A stretch of DNA of 58,213 bases, counting the filler, from Porpidia crustulata (lineage: Eukaryota), in the NCBI GenBank assembly GCA_964255105.1. It is 5 parts of 5 records of this genome, joined end to end, with 100 filler letters (N's around TTAATTAATTAA, not from the genome) between each part and the next. Parts side by side here need not be neighbours in the genome. Positions count along the whole stretch, not along the records: positions 1 to 11,590 come from CAXUWE010000634.1; 4 more parts are not named here. One strand, given 5' to 3'. A program made the position numbers and the translations under genes. Shown here piece after piece: positions 1-11,690 of this stretch. Within the stretch, counting starts at the first letter, position 1, and each line of letters starts with the position of its first letter. The notes below the pieces were generated by a model. It worked only from the letters and a program-made list of their open reading frames with translations. It was not told the DNA's origin and made no database searches.

Positions 1-1335
1 CGTAGGGGGTAGTGACGGGGACAACACGGCGTTGATATCGGGTCTGGACGACAGGGGCGTTGATGCCGACGATGGTGTCGGGGAGGGAGTGGAAGTCGGA
101 GGTTAGGAGTTGGTGTAGAGGGAAGTACTCCCCCAGGATATCGAAGAACTGCATCAATCTTGTGGGGATATATTCCGGCACTGTCAGATTACCCGCGAAC
201 GGTAATCTGCTCTTCAAATTCCGGAGGAAACGCGATTGTCTCAATGGATGGTTAAAGGGTCTCGAGCATGCCGCATTGCGGACGCGTAGAAAGCGCGCGG
301 CAACAGGGTCGATGCTTTTGGTGTAGAATTCGTAAAAGTCTCCGCTGTTGTCGATAAGGACGGTGCCTTGGAGGGGTTCTTCGGTGATGGGGTCGTAGCG
401 GATGCTGTCGTGGCCGAAGTTGTCGAAGACTTCGAGGGCGAGGAAGTAGCAGGGAACAGGAACATAAGCGTCCCATGCGAAAATGGAGCGATTGATGATT
501 TCAACGTGGTTGGCGTGGCCTCTTGAGGACGCCGAGCGCATGAGCTGCGAGGCTTGTAAGGAAGCGAGGTTTTCAGAGATTTCTATGACTTTGAATTTAG
601 TGCGGTCGTAGACGTCCGGGTCGAAGTCGCGGATGTAGTCGAGAATATTGAGCATGAGGGTTCCGTTGCCGGCGCCTATTTCGTAGATAATCAGGTCATG
701 GTAAGGGTGATGGGAAAGCCTGTAGTTTGTAACGAGGTAGCGGGCGATGGCTTCGCCGTAATAAGGGCGAAAGAGCTCGGTGGGCGTGTGCCAGAGCTGG
801 CGAGTATCGTTCAATTGATGTACATCTAGGGCGTCTTCGAATGTGGTGTAGCGTCGGCCGAGGAGGGAGTGGAAATAGGGTTCGTCAGGCATGGAGTTGA
901 AGTCGAAAGGCTCGCCGGGGGAGAATATAACAACTTGTTTGGAGAAGTAGCCATAGTTGGAATTGTACAAGCTGTCTAGACTGGCGGTCAGCATACATCT
1001 TGGCTAATAGAGCTCGAGTCCATACCTTCTATAAAGTCGCGTGCTAGCATCTTTACTCTTCTCGGCCGTTCTTTTCGACCCTTCAATGTGTCTGCAGTCA
1101 CCATGGGATATCTCTCAAAATCTCTAGATTTATCTTGCGGTAAAATATCTGTCCGCTGCTGCCAATGACTCTCCTGACGGTCGCCATCGCTGGCGCCATT
1201 CCTACTCGTTTGATACTGTCTTCGGTACGGCGCATTGGTTATTCGAAATGGCAACGAGGAATGGGACCGGATCCTGGAACATGTCTGATGAGAGAAGAGG
1301 CGCCGGAAGACCCGGGTGACTACCGGCGAATCCAT
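1..1335 (-). CDS. SAM-dependent methyltransferase, NDUFAF7/MidA (DUF185) family, probably mitochondrial; 3'-partial
   Basis: Exon 1 ends ...KMLARDFIE; GTATGG...GCTGAC...TAG intron at 976-1025; exon 2 reads DSLYNSNYGYFSK...LWHTPTELFRPYYGEAIARYL...IYEIGAGNGTLM...LEVFDNFGHD (SAM-binding motif I). Runs off the window start. Start codon 1335 is inferred (upstream ATGs exist). Confidence 0.85.
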
Positions 1336-1493
1336 GACGGACCATGGAACAAGCTTGACGACCAAACATGAAGATTGGGTGGAGGTCATGACTGATGGCT
1401 CGAGCTTCTGCGGAGTTTAGGGCTCGGCTAAATTCCGCCTACCGCTTGCGGAGCACGTCCTTCTCGCTCTATTTACTGCTACTCATTAAGCTC

Positions 1494-2831
1494 ATGGAAT
1501 CTCACCCGCGGATTACCCTCACAACTGCTTTTGTACTCGGTGTTCTCTTGACACTCGGCTTCAAAGACTTTTACCCTGATCTAGAACGCCGTTTCCGCCG
1601 GCGAGGAACAAGGGTGAGCAGTATTGCTGCTGCAGGCCTACAAGATGAGGAACATATCGGCTTAGAGGACAACACGAAGAGGATCTACAGAGAAGAGAGC
1701 GAAGAGCAGACACCCGAGGGTATAGAGTCATGCGTTGGAAATACGCCTTTGTTCAGGATCAAGTCCCTCTCGGAAGCCACAGGCTGCGAGATACTTGCAA
1801 AAGCCGAATTCTTAAATGGCGGAGGGGGTAGCCCCAAAGATAGGGTAGCTCTGAACATTATCAATACGGCGGAGGAGCAAGGTCTTTTGTCTCCTCACTC
1901 AGGCGATACTATATATGAAGGCACCTCTGGCTCGACTGGCATATCGCTTGCGACTATCTGCCGCGCACGAGGATATCTGGCCCACATTGTACTTCCATCG
2001 GACACCACACCTGAGAAGGCCTCGCTACTTTCGAAGCTAGGAGCCACCGTCTCCCTTGTCCCGCCAGCCCCCATAGTATCTCCACAGCACTACGTCAATT
2101 GGGCGCGAAACCTAGCGGCTTCTCACACAGCCGATCCCAGCCGCCCTGGGCGCGGCTACTTCGCTGATCAATTCGAGAACCCGGCTAATTGGCAAGCACA
2201 CTACACCGGCACAGGACCCGAGATTTGCAGGCAGTGTAGAGGTATGGTGGATGCGTTCGTGGCAGGCGCGGGAACTGGCGGAACGATTAGTGGAGTGGGT
2301 TTGTTTTTGAAAGAGAAGCTCCCTGAAATCAAGGTTGTGGTTGCCGATCCACAAGGTAGTGGCTTATATAATTGGGTGAAATTTGGGGTTTTATTTGGCG
2401 CAATGGACAATGAGGGCACCAGGAGGCGAGAGCAGGTCGATACGATCGTAGAGGGGATAGGTATGAGCCGCGTGACTAAAAATTTCCAGGCGGGAATGGC
2501 AGCAGTGGACGACGCCGTAAGGGTCAGCGATGAACAAGCGCTCGGAATGGCAAGGTGGTTGGTTGAGCAAGATGGTTTGTTTGTAGGAAGCAGCAGTGCT
2601 GTCAACTGTGAGCTAGCGTAATTGTTAGTATCAGACGAGGAGATGTGTGCTGACTGAGATGCAGGTGTGGCTGCTGTGAAGATCGCAGGAAAATTGGGAA
2701 GAGGCAAGAGAGTTGTGACAGTGCTATGTGATTCAGGGTCGAGACACACCTCAAAGTTTTGGGCTAAGGCTGGTAATACTGGAGACGAAACGAAGACTAC
2801 ATTCAAGGATATCATAGGGCCCGATGATTGA
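1494..2831 (+). CDS. PLP-dependent cysteine synthase-like protein with N-terminal membrane anchor (Mcy1/Cys2-like)
   Basis: Motifs GNTPL, SPKDRVA (PLP lysine), GTSGSTG, DQFENPAN, GAGTGGT, EGIG, GSSSAVN. Intron 2608-2664 (GTGAGC..GCTGAC..CAG) restores VAAVK...VLCDSGSRHTSKFW; stop at 2829-2831. Confidence 0.9.
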
Positions 2832-3007
2832 TAAAGCTGCCATTAGAGTACCGCTTGCTACCAAAGAGGACGTGGAAAGCATTGTCCAAAACCCTGGTCT
2901 CGGTAAAAATGTTTACCTCCAGATATAGACACAAGGAAAAGCAGTCAAGCTACCCTCAGGTACATTCTCAGAGGTTGCGGCTGCACAAACGGGTATTGGG
3001 GCGGTAT

Positions 3008-5635
3008 TCAACCCAATGTCTTTCTGCGTTGTGCGAGTGCAGACGAGGTTGTTTTTGCTGAAAGCGGAGTCCCCACTGTCTTCCGAGACACAGAGAGTTC
3101 GTCATCGCTCAGGTCTGAGTCTATAATACTCAACAAGCAGTGCTTATGAGGAGCTATTTGGGCGCTCATCAGATTTCGTCGTGCCTTTGATGGAGTACCT
3201 AGCGACGAAAATTTCCCAGGGATCGAGGTCCTCCGCGCTGTAGGAATTGAATGTACCAAAGAGCGAGGAGCTCCCTCAGTCTTGATGCCCCGGTCGCGGT
3301 GCCTCTGGCTTAAAGTGGATTCCTTGGCAGGTGCTAAAACCTTTCGATCTGACACACATTTCCTGCCTGAGACCTGACTTGGGATACTCTTAGTTTTCCT
3401 TTCGCTTTTCGTCTGACTACGGGCTGGCAATTTCACTAGTCGTGGAGACACCTTATGTGTTATTGACGGTTTGACCCTACTCGTCTGGCGGGAATTTCCA
3501 ATCAAAGAACGAGATATTGAGTTCTTATAATGCTTTCGCGGATCGATCCGTGGCGTTAACAATGCTTGTGGTCGTGATAAGCCAGCCGAAGGAGTACTGT
3601 GACTAGCACTTGTTGATGCTTGGATAGCGGTACTCGACAGAGGTTTTGTTCGTTTGGCTTCCTCTTTTATACCGGGTATTACAAGAGCGGCTTTGCTCTG
3701 TATAACTTTGAGATTAATACCTCGAGGGCGACTAACACCACTTGAATTTTGTCGAGTGGGACGACGCTTATCAGCATCGTCCTGCGCGGTGGCTAAATCC
3801 AGACAGTCATAATCATTGCTTTGATCCTCAGTGAGCCAGTAGACAGCTGGCTCCACAGTAATAGGAACTGCACCGGCCGCACCTGTATCACGGTCTTCAG
3901 CAATCACATTGGACCCGCAATGTCTGCTGCTGTCGTATTCCGGGATAGAGTCCTGAGACAATTTCTTAGAATCCGGAAAACCGAGTGAGTGGAGAGCTGC
4001 CTGCACTACTGGCTCAGGTACATGCGGCGTGTCCAAAGGGAGAGCCGAAAGATCATGGAGGAAGCAGTTATCGTGTTGAGCACTTTTGCCAGAACCATTA
4101 TTCTTAGAAGATGGTTTAAGAGCACTAGTAGAGGAGCGGGGATTTTCATGGAGGTTCTGACTCCGGGTATTTGGCCCAAATTGCGTACGTATCCGGGGTT
4201 TGTCATCCACAGAAAGCACTGCTCGATGACCTAGTCTAGTCCTATCTTGATGAGAGTTTCCACTTTGTGAAACTATCTTATCATTCACTAAGATGTGTTT
4301 TGGCAACGATACGGGCGAAGCGGGATTTGCTTCAGGTGAGAATGACTGGTGATAAGCCTTCCCATTTTCAAGAAATCCATTTGCACGATGTTCATGTGCC
4401 AAGTCCGCAACGACCGAGGCTGTAGGAGTGGTTTCCCGCAGAATATTGCTCCAGGAGTGCTTTCGAGACAGAGATAGCCGGTGATCGTTGGTAGCCCTGA
4501 GGCTCCTTTGCGGGTAATGCTGCCTAAAGTGCTCATTTATCTTAGTAGGCCCTAAGGTCGTCTTGGACCATAGGTAGAGCAGAAGATTGTTTTCTTGCTG
4601 CGTCCATCTAGGTTTGATCGTTTGGCGTTTGCATTTCACAGATCGCGATTTCTCTACATCAACAATGTCGGTTTCGCGGCCAGGAAGCATCATCGGCAGC
4701 CCTCCATCCTCTTCTCCTTTAAAGTCTTGAGCTCCCACGAGAACGTTACTTGCGTAATTGGGTTCCATTTGCCGTGATGTGGTCACGGGGGAAACCAGAG
4801 AAGACTCGGATATGGTTGCCGATTCTTGGTCAAGGGAACATGGATTAGTCGGCGATGGCTTCAGTTTCCATCTCTTTGGTTCCCGTGAGAATAATCGTGA
4901 TGGGGACGGAGACTTCCTTGGCTCGGCTTCGTTGATGCTCCAGGGGAGTGGTATAGGTTGTACTTTATGAGTTGGATCATGATTTGGCAGAGGTGGCGCA
5001 CGCCATGCTGACTCGAATGGATCGTCGTCTAGCATTATGACTTGACCATTTGGTCGCGGTTGAGCGTTTGGTAGGCGCAGATATGGAGCTAATTGTCCTA
5101 CCTTAGACATCCTACCATCAAAATTATTTATGACTGAGGGTAGAGATCCCTTCCTCCCCCTTCTATGGACAGTATCAGACAATCGTGGCTCTGGATTCCC
5201 ACCAGTCACAACGACTGGGGGGCATTCAGCCATAATGTCACCCATCAGACTGTCGCAGTCATCAGACAACCAACAAGTACCAGTGGCCGCTGTATTCTCC
5301 GGACAATTTTTGACGGTTGCTGTTTGTCTAATTTGGCCATCGGTCTTCACCCTCACTTCCACACTATTAAATTGTTCATCGTCGTTCAATTCATCCAACA
5401 TATCCCCGTATACCCCGGCATAATTCTCGTCCACCATACCAAGCAGATGCCCGTTATTGACGATAATTTCTCCCGTCCTCAGGTCAACTTCGTCTCCAAC
5501 TCCACTGAAATCCTTCCCATATTTCTCGAATATTGATTCGAATGTGGTCTTGAGCCGTGCATCGTTCCGAGCTCTGAGCTGATTGAGATCTTTGTCTGGG
5601 CTGAGTTCCCGACGTCGTTTACTGGGTCGCTCCAT
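3008..5635 (-). CDS. SCM3: Centromeric histone (CENP-A/Cse4) chaperone Scm3-domain protein with a central Myb-like repeat
   Basis: N-terminal RARNDARLKTTFESIFEKYGKDFSGVGDEVDLRTGEIIVNNGHL matches the Scm3 domain; RWTQQENNLL...RSLRA is Myb/SANT-like; the rest is low-complexity. 875-aa uninterrupted ORF. Confidence 0.8.
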   Translation of the reverse strand: MERPSKRRRELSPDKDLNQLRARNDARLKTTFESIFEKYGKDFSGVGDEVDLRTGEIIVNNGHLLGMVDENYAGVYGDMLDELNDDEQFNSVEVRVKTDGQIRQTATVKNCPENTAATGTCWLSDDCDSLMGDIMAECPPVVVTGGNPEPRLSDTVHRRGRKGSLPSVINNFDGRMSKVGQLAPYLRLPNAQPRPNGQVIMLDDDPFESAWRAPPLPNHDPTHKVQPIPLPWSINEAEPRKSPSPSRLFSREPKRWKLKPSPTNPCSLDQESATISESSLVSPVTTSRQMEPNYASNVLVGAQDFKGEEDGGLPMMLPGRETDIVDVEKSRSVKCKRQTIKPRWTQQENNLLLYLWSKTTLGPTKINEHFRQHYPQRSLRATNDHRLSLSRKHSWSNILRETTPTASVVADLAHEHRANGFLENGKAYHQSFSPEANPASPVSLPKHILVNDKIVSQSGNSHQDRTRLGHRAVLSVDDKPRIRTQFGPNTRSQNLHENPRSSTSALKPSSKNNGSGKSAQHDNCFLHDLSALPLDTPHVPEPVVQAALHSLGFPDSKKLSQDSIPEYDSSRHCGSNVIAEDRDTGAAGAVPITVEPAVYWLTEDQSNDYDCLDLATAQDDADKRRPTRQNSSGVSRPRGINLKVIQSKAALVIPGIKEEAKRTKPLSSTAIQASTSASHSTPSAGLSRPQALLTPRIDPRKHYKNSISRSLIGNSRQTSRVKPSITHKVSPRLVKLPARSQTKSERKTKSIPSQVSGRKCVSDRKVLAPAKESTLSQRHRDRGIKTEGAPRSLVHSIPTARRTSIPGKFSSLGTPSKARRNLMSAQIAPHKHCLLSIIDSDLSDDELSVSRKTVGTPLSAKTTSSALAQRRKTLG

Positions 5636-5918
5636 CCGTATCGCAAATTAGATGGTAGATGCCCAATGGTATTGATGAGAGACGGTATCCGATACCTTAT
5701 GTTAAGTCACGCTAAGCGCTAACGCGTCCGAGACTTGTGTGAATGTCACAGGTTGGATCTTATCTTAGCGTACATGTTTTTAATACCTTCTGCCTACCTA
5801 CCAACCTATTGAATTTACTCATAGACCAGCTCAAGCGCCGCTGAAGCGCTGACGAGCACATTTTCGGAGTCCATCAAAGGCTAAATAATACAACAAGCTG
5901 TTTGTTAATCGCAAGAAG
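5636..5918. promoter_or_regulatory. Short divergent promoter between SCM3 and ATG6 with MCB (ACGCGT) and GATA (CTTATC) motifs
   Basis: 283 bp between opposing ATGs; ACGCGT at 5722-5727 and CTTATC at 5759-5764. Confidence 0.5.
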
Positions 5919-7599
5919 ATGAATTGTCAGAAATGCCGGACCCCACTGAAGCTCGATAGTTCGCTTCAAATTCTAGATCCTGCAGCATTTGACCTGCTCG
6001 TAGGTATGTCGTTTCTGATATGCCATAGCTGTGGATATTGATGCATTCCTAGGCTCATCAGGACGCTCAGGTGACCAGAATACGACCACAACACGGATAC
6101 CGTATCCTCGAGAAAGGAAGGAAATCTATGATCGAGCATCCCAAAATGCCACAACTCCGATTTTCAAGCGGGTCATTCCCCAAGCCAAACAAGGATTCGG
6201 GTTACAGGCAGCAGTGGCGACATCGACAAAGGCCGGATTGAAGGACAATGCAGCCATGTCATTCGTGATGCTTACGGACTCACAGCTTGTCCTCCCTCAG
6301 CCTACAATCCATGGCCATGAAGTAAGGACAAAGCTCAACCGAGTAGAACCCCTGCCTCAGGGAACTGGTAGCGATTCAACGCCATCCTTTCCCAATCAAA
6401 TCGAGTCAACCACCCGTCTTTTTGAGATCCTGTCCTCGCGCTCTGATATAGATTACCCAATCTGCGCCGAGTGTACCGACCTCCTACTTTCTTCCCTCCA
6501 AGGCCGCCTCGTCAATTCAACCAAAGAAAGAGATGCATATATCACTTTTCTCAAGTCTCTTAAGAACAACACTCCTACGTCTGCAGACGTCTCCAAAGCA
6601 GAGTCGACCCTTGCTGCCTCTAATGCAGCCGAAGACAGTGCTTTCTCGGATCTCCTTATCCTGGAAAAGGAGAAATTTTCCCTCGAAAATGAGATTGCAA
6701 AGCTCGAGGCCGAATCTCTCGCTTTGGATTTGGAAGAGCAATCATTCTGGCGATCTCGTAACACCTTTGCGCTTACACTGTCTTCCTTTCAAAATAAACG
6801 GGATGCCCTTAACGCCGCCTACGACCACGATGCCCAACAACTCGAGCGTCTCCAGCGTACAAATGTCTACAATGACACCTTTTGTATTAGTCACGATGGT
6901 CATTTCGGCACTATCAATGGTTTACGCCTCGGTCGACTTCCTCCACCGCACAACGTCGACTGGGCTGAAATCAATGCAGCCTGGGGTACGGCTAGTCTAC
7001 TCCTCGTAACAGTCGCCGATAAATTAGGTTTTACATTCCGAGGGTACAGGGTCAAGCCCATGGGAAGTACGTCTAGGATAGAAAGGCTTGAATATCCAGA
7101 ATCAAAATTGCCTGCCAATCAAACATCAGCATTTAGCTCGGCTACTGCCCACGACTCATCGATACCTCCCCAACAGCCCAAAGTAACTTTCTTGGATCTC
7201 TTCTCCTCTGGCGATCTTATAGTGGGCCGCATGTTCCTCCATCGTCGAATCGACGCAGGCATGGTGGCATTCCTTGAATGTCTAAGGCAGCTTGGCGAAT
7301 TTGTCGAAACCGGGGCAGACTCTGTAGCTTCTACCCCATCAAGGCCTCGAGGAAAAGGCATCGTTAATCAGAAAGGCCACCATGGCGATGCCGGCGGGGT
7401 AAATGAGGAAAACAACCATGGGCCACCACTTCCTTATAAAATATCGAAAGACAAGATTGGCGATGCAAGCATCCGACTTGGTACTAGCCAGGATGAGGCC
7501 TGGACAAGGGCGTGCAAGTACGCCCTCACATGCTGCAAGTTTTTGCTAGCTCATGCAAGCAATATTGGAGGAACAGAAAGGAGGCGAGGTAATGTTTGA
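5919..7599 (+). CDS. ATG6: Autophagy protein Atg6/Vps30 (Beclin-1 homologue)
   Basis: Exon 1 MNCQKCRTPLKLDSSLQILDPAAFDLLV; intron 6004-6052; LFEILSSRSDIDYPICAECTD, coiled coil, LQRTNVYNDTFCISHDGHFGTINGLRLGRL, WAEINAAWG, WTRACKYALTCCKFLLA (BARA domain). Confidence 0.96.
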
Positions 7600-8184
7600 G
7601 AGAGGCTGTGAAACAATAAGGTATTTCATCAAGGGAAAAGTCGGACGTGAAAGAGTAATCTTGCATGCTTTGGTGGGAAGTTGGTGTTTGGCATAGGCGT
7701 ACACGAGCATTGTGCAATTGCAATATCAGCTTGGTGGTGGACGTACAGCGTTCAGCTCCTGTCAGATCGCTAGGGACTTGGTATTGAAGGCTCAAAGCTG
7801 TGCAAGTACTTTGAATAAGTTGCTATGCAAATGACCATAACGTAGCACGCGTAGGTATCTTTGCTTGATTACTCCAGTACTCGTATTTCATAACCCTAAC
7901 CCTAGGTGCTATGGCTCGCTACTGGGTAAATCGAAAATAAGGAACGATAAGATAAGTTGTGTCTATCTTGTCCATGTGATAGGTCCACCTTCCATACTGG
8001 AGAAATCATACAGATTAAAGAACTGACAATAATTACAAGTCCAAATCACAGAATCAGAAAATAAAGCTAGGTATTGACTCGATGGAGTAATCGGAGCATG
8101 GGAAATACGGCCCTCGACCTAGAATATGGCTCTCCACCACGCATTATCAGCCTCAAGTCACGACGCCTCTGAAAACCAACGAGG

Positions 8185-9840
8185 ATGCAGTGCGACATAT
8201 GCAAACGACCCCCAAGTGGCCTTCTACCGTTCTACTGCACTCTTTGCGCCCGGGAAGCCATACACGAACCCAGAATACAGCTTGCCTTGATCCTGATTCA
8301 AGAGGAAGCTCTGGGGCGGGATGTCGAGCGGATTGTCATTAGACATAAGGCTACGAGTGGCAAAGGACTATTGAAGGCGAACGATAGAACACATGAGCCG
8401 AATAATAGCTGTGTACTTGAACGTGCGACAACAGACTATATCACGTCTAATAAGAGGACAGAGGCGATCCTTGGCCATGTCGAAGCCTTACGCGTTCAGA
8501 CCAAGGAGATGAAAGCTGAAATCGCAAGAAGGAGGATAGATCTTGCCAAACGCCGATCAAATATTGCAGTAGCCAGTGAGTCTATTTCACGGTTGCGGAG
8601 CACCACTATCGAGCCGGTCGAGAAGGGAGTCAAACAAACAGAACATCGGTGGGATGCCCTACATACCGCTACTCTAGAAGCTCGTGTCTTCCTGTGCAAA
8701 GAAGCTGCACAGCTGTATGGGCTGCAAAAACGAAATCCGAAGAAGGGCGGATCAGGGAAAGATGTTTACACGATAGGGGGAATACCGATTGTCAATCTAA
8801 GAGAACTGAATAGTCAGAATACTATGCTTTCGCTTTCCAGATTGAATGCTGAAAATCATGTAGATGCCTCTCCGACTTGTGTCACCACTGCGACAACAAA
8901 TCTTGCGCACCTTGTCTACTTGGTCTCCCATTACCTGACGCTTCGGCTCCCTGCCGAGATCACATTACCTCATCGAGATTATCCGCTGCCCACAATATTC
9001 TCTCCTGGCTCATCGTACACTATGCGCGAAGTGCCTTTCCCCGGTTCCACTCCATCACAGTCGTCAATAAACAGTCCTTCAGCTTCGCGAGCTTTTGATT
9101 CCAAGCCTCCTCCGAGGCCCCGACCACTACACATAGAGAAGAAGCTCTCAGTTCTGGCTAAAGAAGAGCCTGTCATGTATGCATTATTCGTAGAAGGAAT
9201 GACCCTTCTAGCATGGGACATTGCCTGGATCTGCAAAACGCAAGGGCTCAATGTTGGAGACAATTCCTGGGAGGAAGTTTGTGCCATGGGGAAGAATCTC
9301 TGGCAGCTACTCGTCGCCGGTTCCAGCGTACCACGACCGCCCGTGAATCGGGGCATATCCGGCCAAAATAAAGCGCCAAATCATCTCGTAACACTGCGAA
9401 AGGATGTAGCTACGAGGACGAATGGGAATGACAACGCCGAATCGCCAGCTACGTTAGGCCATTATTCCCACGGCACCGCCCACTCTTTCCTCGCCGCTGC
9501 GGAAGGAATGGAATACATGCGTGGCTGGCGCCTACAGAGCCCAGTCAGACTGATCGAGAGCGTGAAAGCGATGTTGTTGAGTGACAGAACCGGCGCGGAG
9601 TGGGAGATTTTGGAGGGCAATGAATGGGAGGAAGAACGACCGAGACCGGGGGATGCAACTTCAAGAGAATCACATGTGGCGAAGGAGGAGGCTTTTATCA
9701 TCAAGGGAAGACGGAGAGAGGGAGGGTTTGACGAGGGAAGGAGCGTGATGAGCGTCGGCACCAAGGAAGGGGAGGAAGCAGATGAGAGAGTCAAGGGGAC
9801 GAGTGGGTGGACCAAGGTCAAGAGCAGAGGGGGGCTGTAG
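8185..9840 (+). CDS. ATG14: Atg14-like subunit of class III PI3K complex (Atg14/Vps38/UVRAG family)
   Basis: N-terminal CxxC...CxxC (MQCDICKR...LPFYCTLCAR), long coiled coil, YLTLRLPAEITLPHRDYP, FVEGMTLLAWDIAW. In-frame 51-nt intron at 8813-8863 (GTCAGA..GCTGAA..TAG). Confidence 0.75.
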   Translation: MQCDICKRPPSGLLPFYCTLCAREAIHEPRIQLALILIQEEALGRDVERIVIRHKATSGKGLLKANDRTHEPNNSCVLERATTDYITSNKRTEAILGHVEALRVQTKEMKAEIARRRIDLAKRRSNIAVASESISRLRSTTIEPVEKGVKQTEHRWDALHTATLEARVFLCKEAAQLYGLQKRNPKKGGSGKDVYTIGGIPIVNLRELNSQNTMLSLSRLNAENHVDASPTCVTTATTNLAHLVYLVSHYLTLRLPAEITLPHRDYPLPTIFSPGSSYTMREVPFPGSTPSQSSINSPSASRAFDSKPPPRPRPLHIEKKLSVLAKEEPVMYALFVEGMTLLAWDIAWICKTQGLNVGDNSWEEVCAMGKNLWQLLVAGSSVPRPPVNRGISGQNKAPNHLVTLRKDVATRTNGNDNAESPATLGHYSHGTAHSFLAAAEGMEYMRGWRLQSPVRLIESVKAMLLSDRTGAEWEILEGNEWEEERPRPGDATSRESHVAKEEAFIIKGRRREGGFDEGRSVMSVGTKEGEEADERVKGTSGWTKVKSRGGL

Positions 9841-11590
9841 GTAGGAATTTTGGACATGCGAGAGTCAGTCGAGGCGCATAGACGGAGCGCAATATCATTC
9901 ATCGTCCCTGCCAATCTAGATTTTCACATACAATTTTCCCAATTGAAAGACCGCTTGTAATCGCACAGTGTTGACTCAGTTTCGAGCACTATTGTTTCGA
10001 ATTTTGGAGTCGCAGTCAGCAGAAGACCTGCCCCGAGCTCTTCTTGTCACAATGCGCTTGTGCAGCAATTTAGCTCGACGGTTTTCGATACTCACTGTCA
10101 GTGCCCAACCACAGCGACAGCAGAACCCGCCTCCTCAGGCAGTACCATCTACAATGTGGAGGACTTTCGAGGTTGTCGTGAGCATTTTCCGTCTTTGCGT
10201 GAAACGAGCTTTTGCATTGTCGCCCGGGTGGCGAGTCCCTCGGTAATCCTGCGTGGTCATCTACAAAATCCTTCGACATAATCTGTCCACGTATTCATGT
10301 CCCTTCAATGTAATGCACTTCATGTTTGATTACGGGAGAACTGCCACGACGAAGGTACAGCTTGGTTGCTGCTGGTTGCAAAGGCTCTGAATGCGTTACG
10401 CGTCTCGTTCTTTCCTTTTCAGTATGAAGTTCACTGGTGTCGTGCATCAATTATGATTCTCCTGCGATTGATCCTATCGTTCGCGTTCGATACCAGGAGA
10501 GTCACTTGATCGGAATATCAAGCAGGAATGAAAGGAGAAGATCTCAATTCCATGCGAGCAGCATCAGTGTAAGTTGGACCGACATACTACTACCATGCAG
10601 CTGGACTTTGTTGTTTCTTCGAAATCAAAGCGCTACCGTTCCAACATCTTCAAGTCCTAAGAATACTTCCGAGGTCTGTCGACGTCTAGGCCATGGCATC
10701 CGTTTGCGAACCAAGGACGTCAAGGCGGTTGGCAAGAAAATCCGAAACAGCAATGGGCGATTGAGCCACGAGGCGCTTACAATACAGTCATTATGCCACG
10801 TGTCATTGTGAGCAATACCATTCATCGACGGCAAGTATTGGATTACCATTGAAACCGGAGAATAGAGACTGCACCCAGACCGAACAAACATGCGAGAAAC
10901 AGCAAGAAACAAACACACATCAATTGCGAAACTTGTAAACCGAGGACTCGACTACGACAGCATCAATAGTCTTCAGAGCACGCAGCCGCCGTGAAGTAGC
11001 GGCACGACGGTAGGGTCCTACGAAGCAGTTGAAACATTCAGAGTTAGAGAGGCTGCATCCGCGTTGTACGTGAGAGCTATAGTCATACAGCATTACAAGG
11101 GAGTCGAGAGATTAACTTATGAGGCCTGTGGTAGGAAACCATGCTCTCAGCACCACGACTCAATGCGCCTGAGAAGTTTCAACGACATTCCACGACGGGA
11201 GCATCGCCCCAATCCCAATCAGCAGTGTGGTACGACAGAGGCAGCGCGTACAGCTGCGAATTATGAATCTTTGTTTGTTTGCGGCGATTCGGTCAAGGAG
11301 AGAAGAAAGCCTAATGATTTGTTGGGGAATCGGTCTTGAAAATCTTGACGATTGGCGACAACGTCAGAACAAAGACGGACAGGAAGGACCCGCCCATCAA
11401 GATCCAATCACGACCACCAGCTACGAGCAAAGCAGAAAACGGGCATTATTTGTTTGAAATTACGGTTAGACCAACCAGGGGGTGAGACCGCCTTAACCGA
11501 GATGCTTTATTCGTCGATTGGGGCCGGATGGTCGGAAATTGCAATTTTAATTCGCTTTATCCCCAATATTACCTTCACATTATACTGCAT

Positions 11591-11690
11591 NNNNNNNNNN
11601 NNNNNNNNNNNNNNNNNNNNNNNNNNNNNNNNNNTTAATTAATTAANNNNNNNNNNNNNNNNNNNNNNNNNNNNNNNNNNNNNNNNNNNN
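11591..11690. other. Artificial contig linker (N44-TTAATTAATTAA-N44)
   Basis: N runs around a motif that gives stops in all six frames; identical at four positions. Confidence 0.99.
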
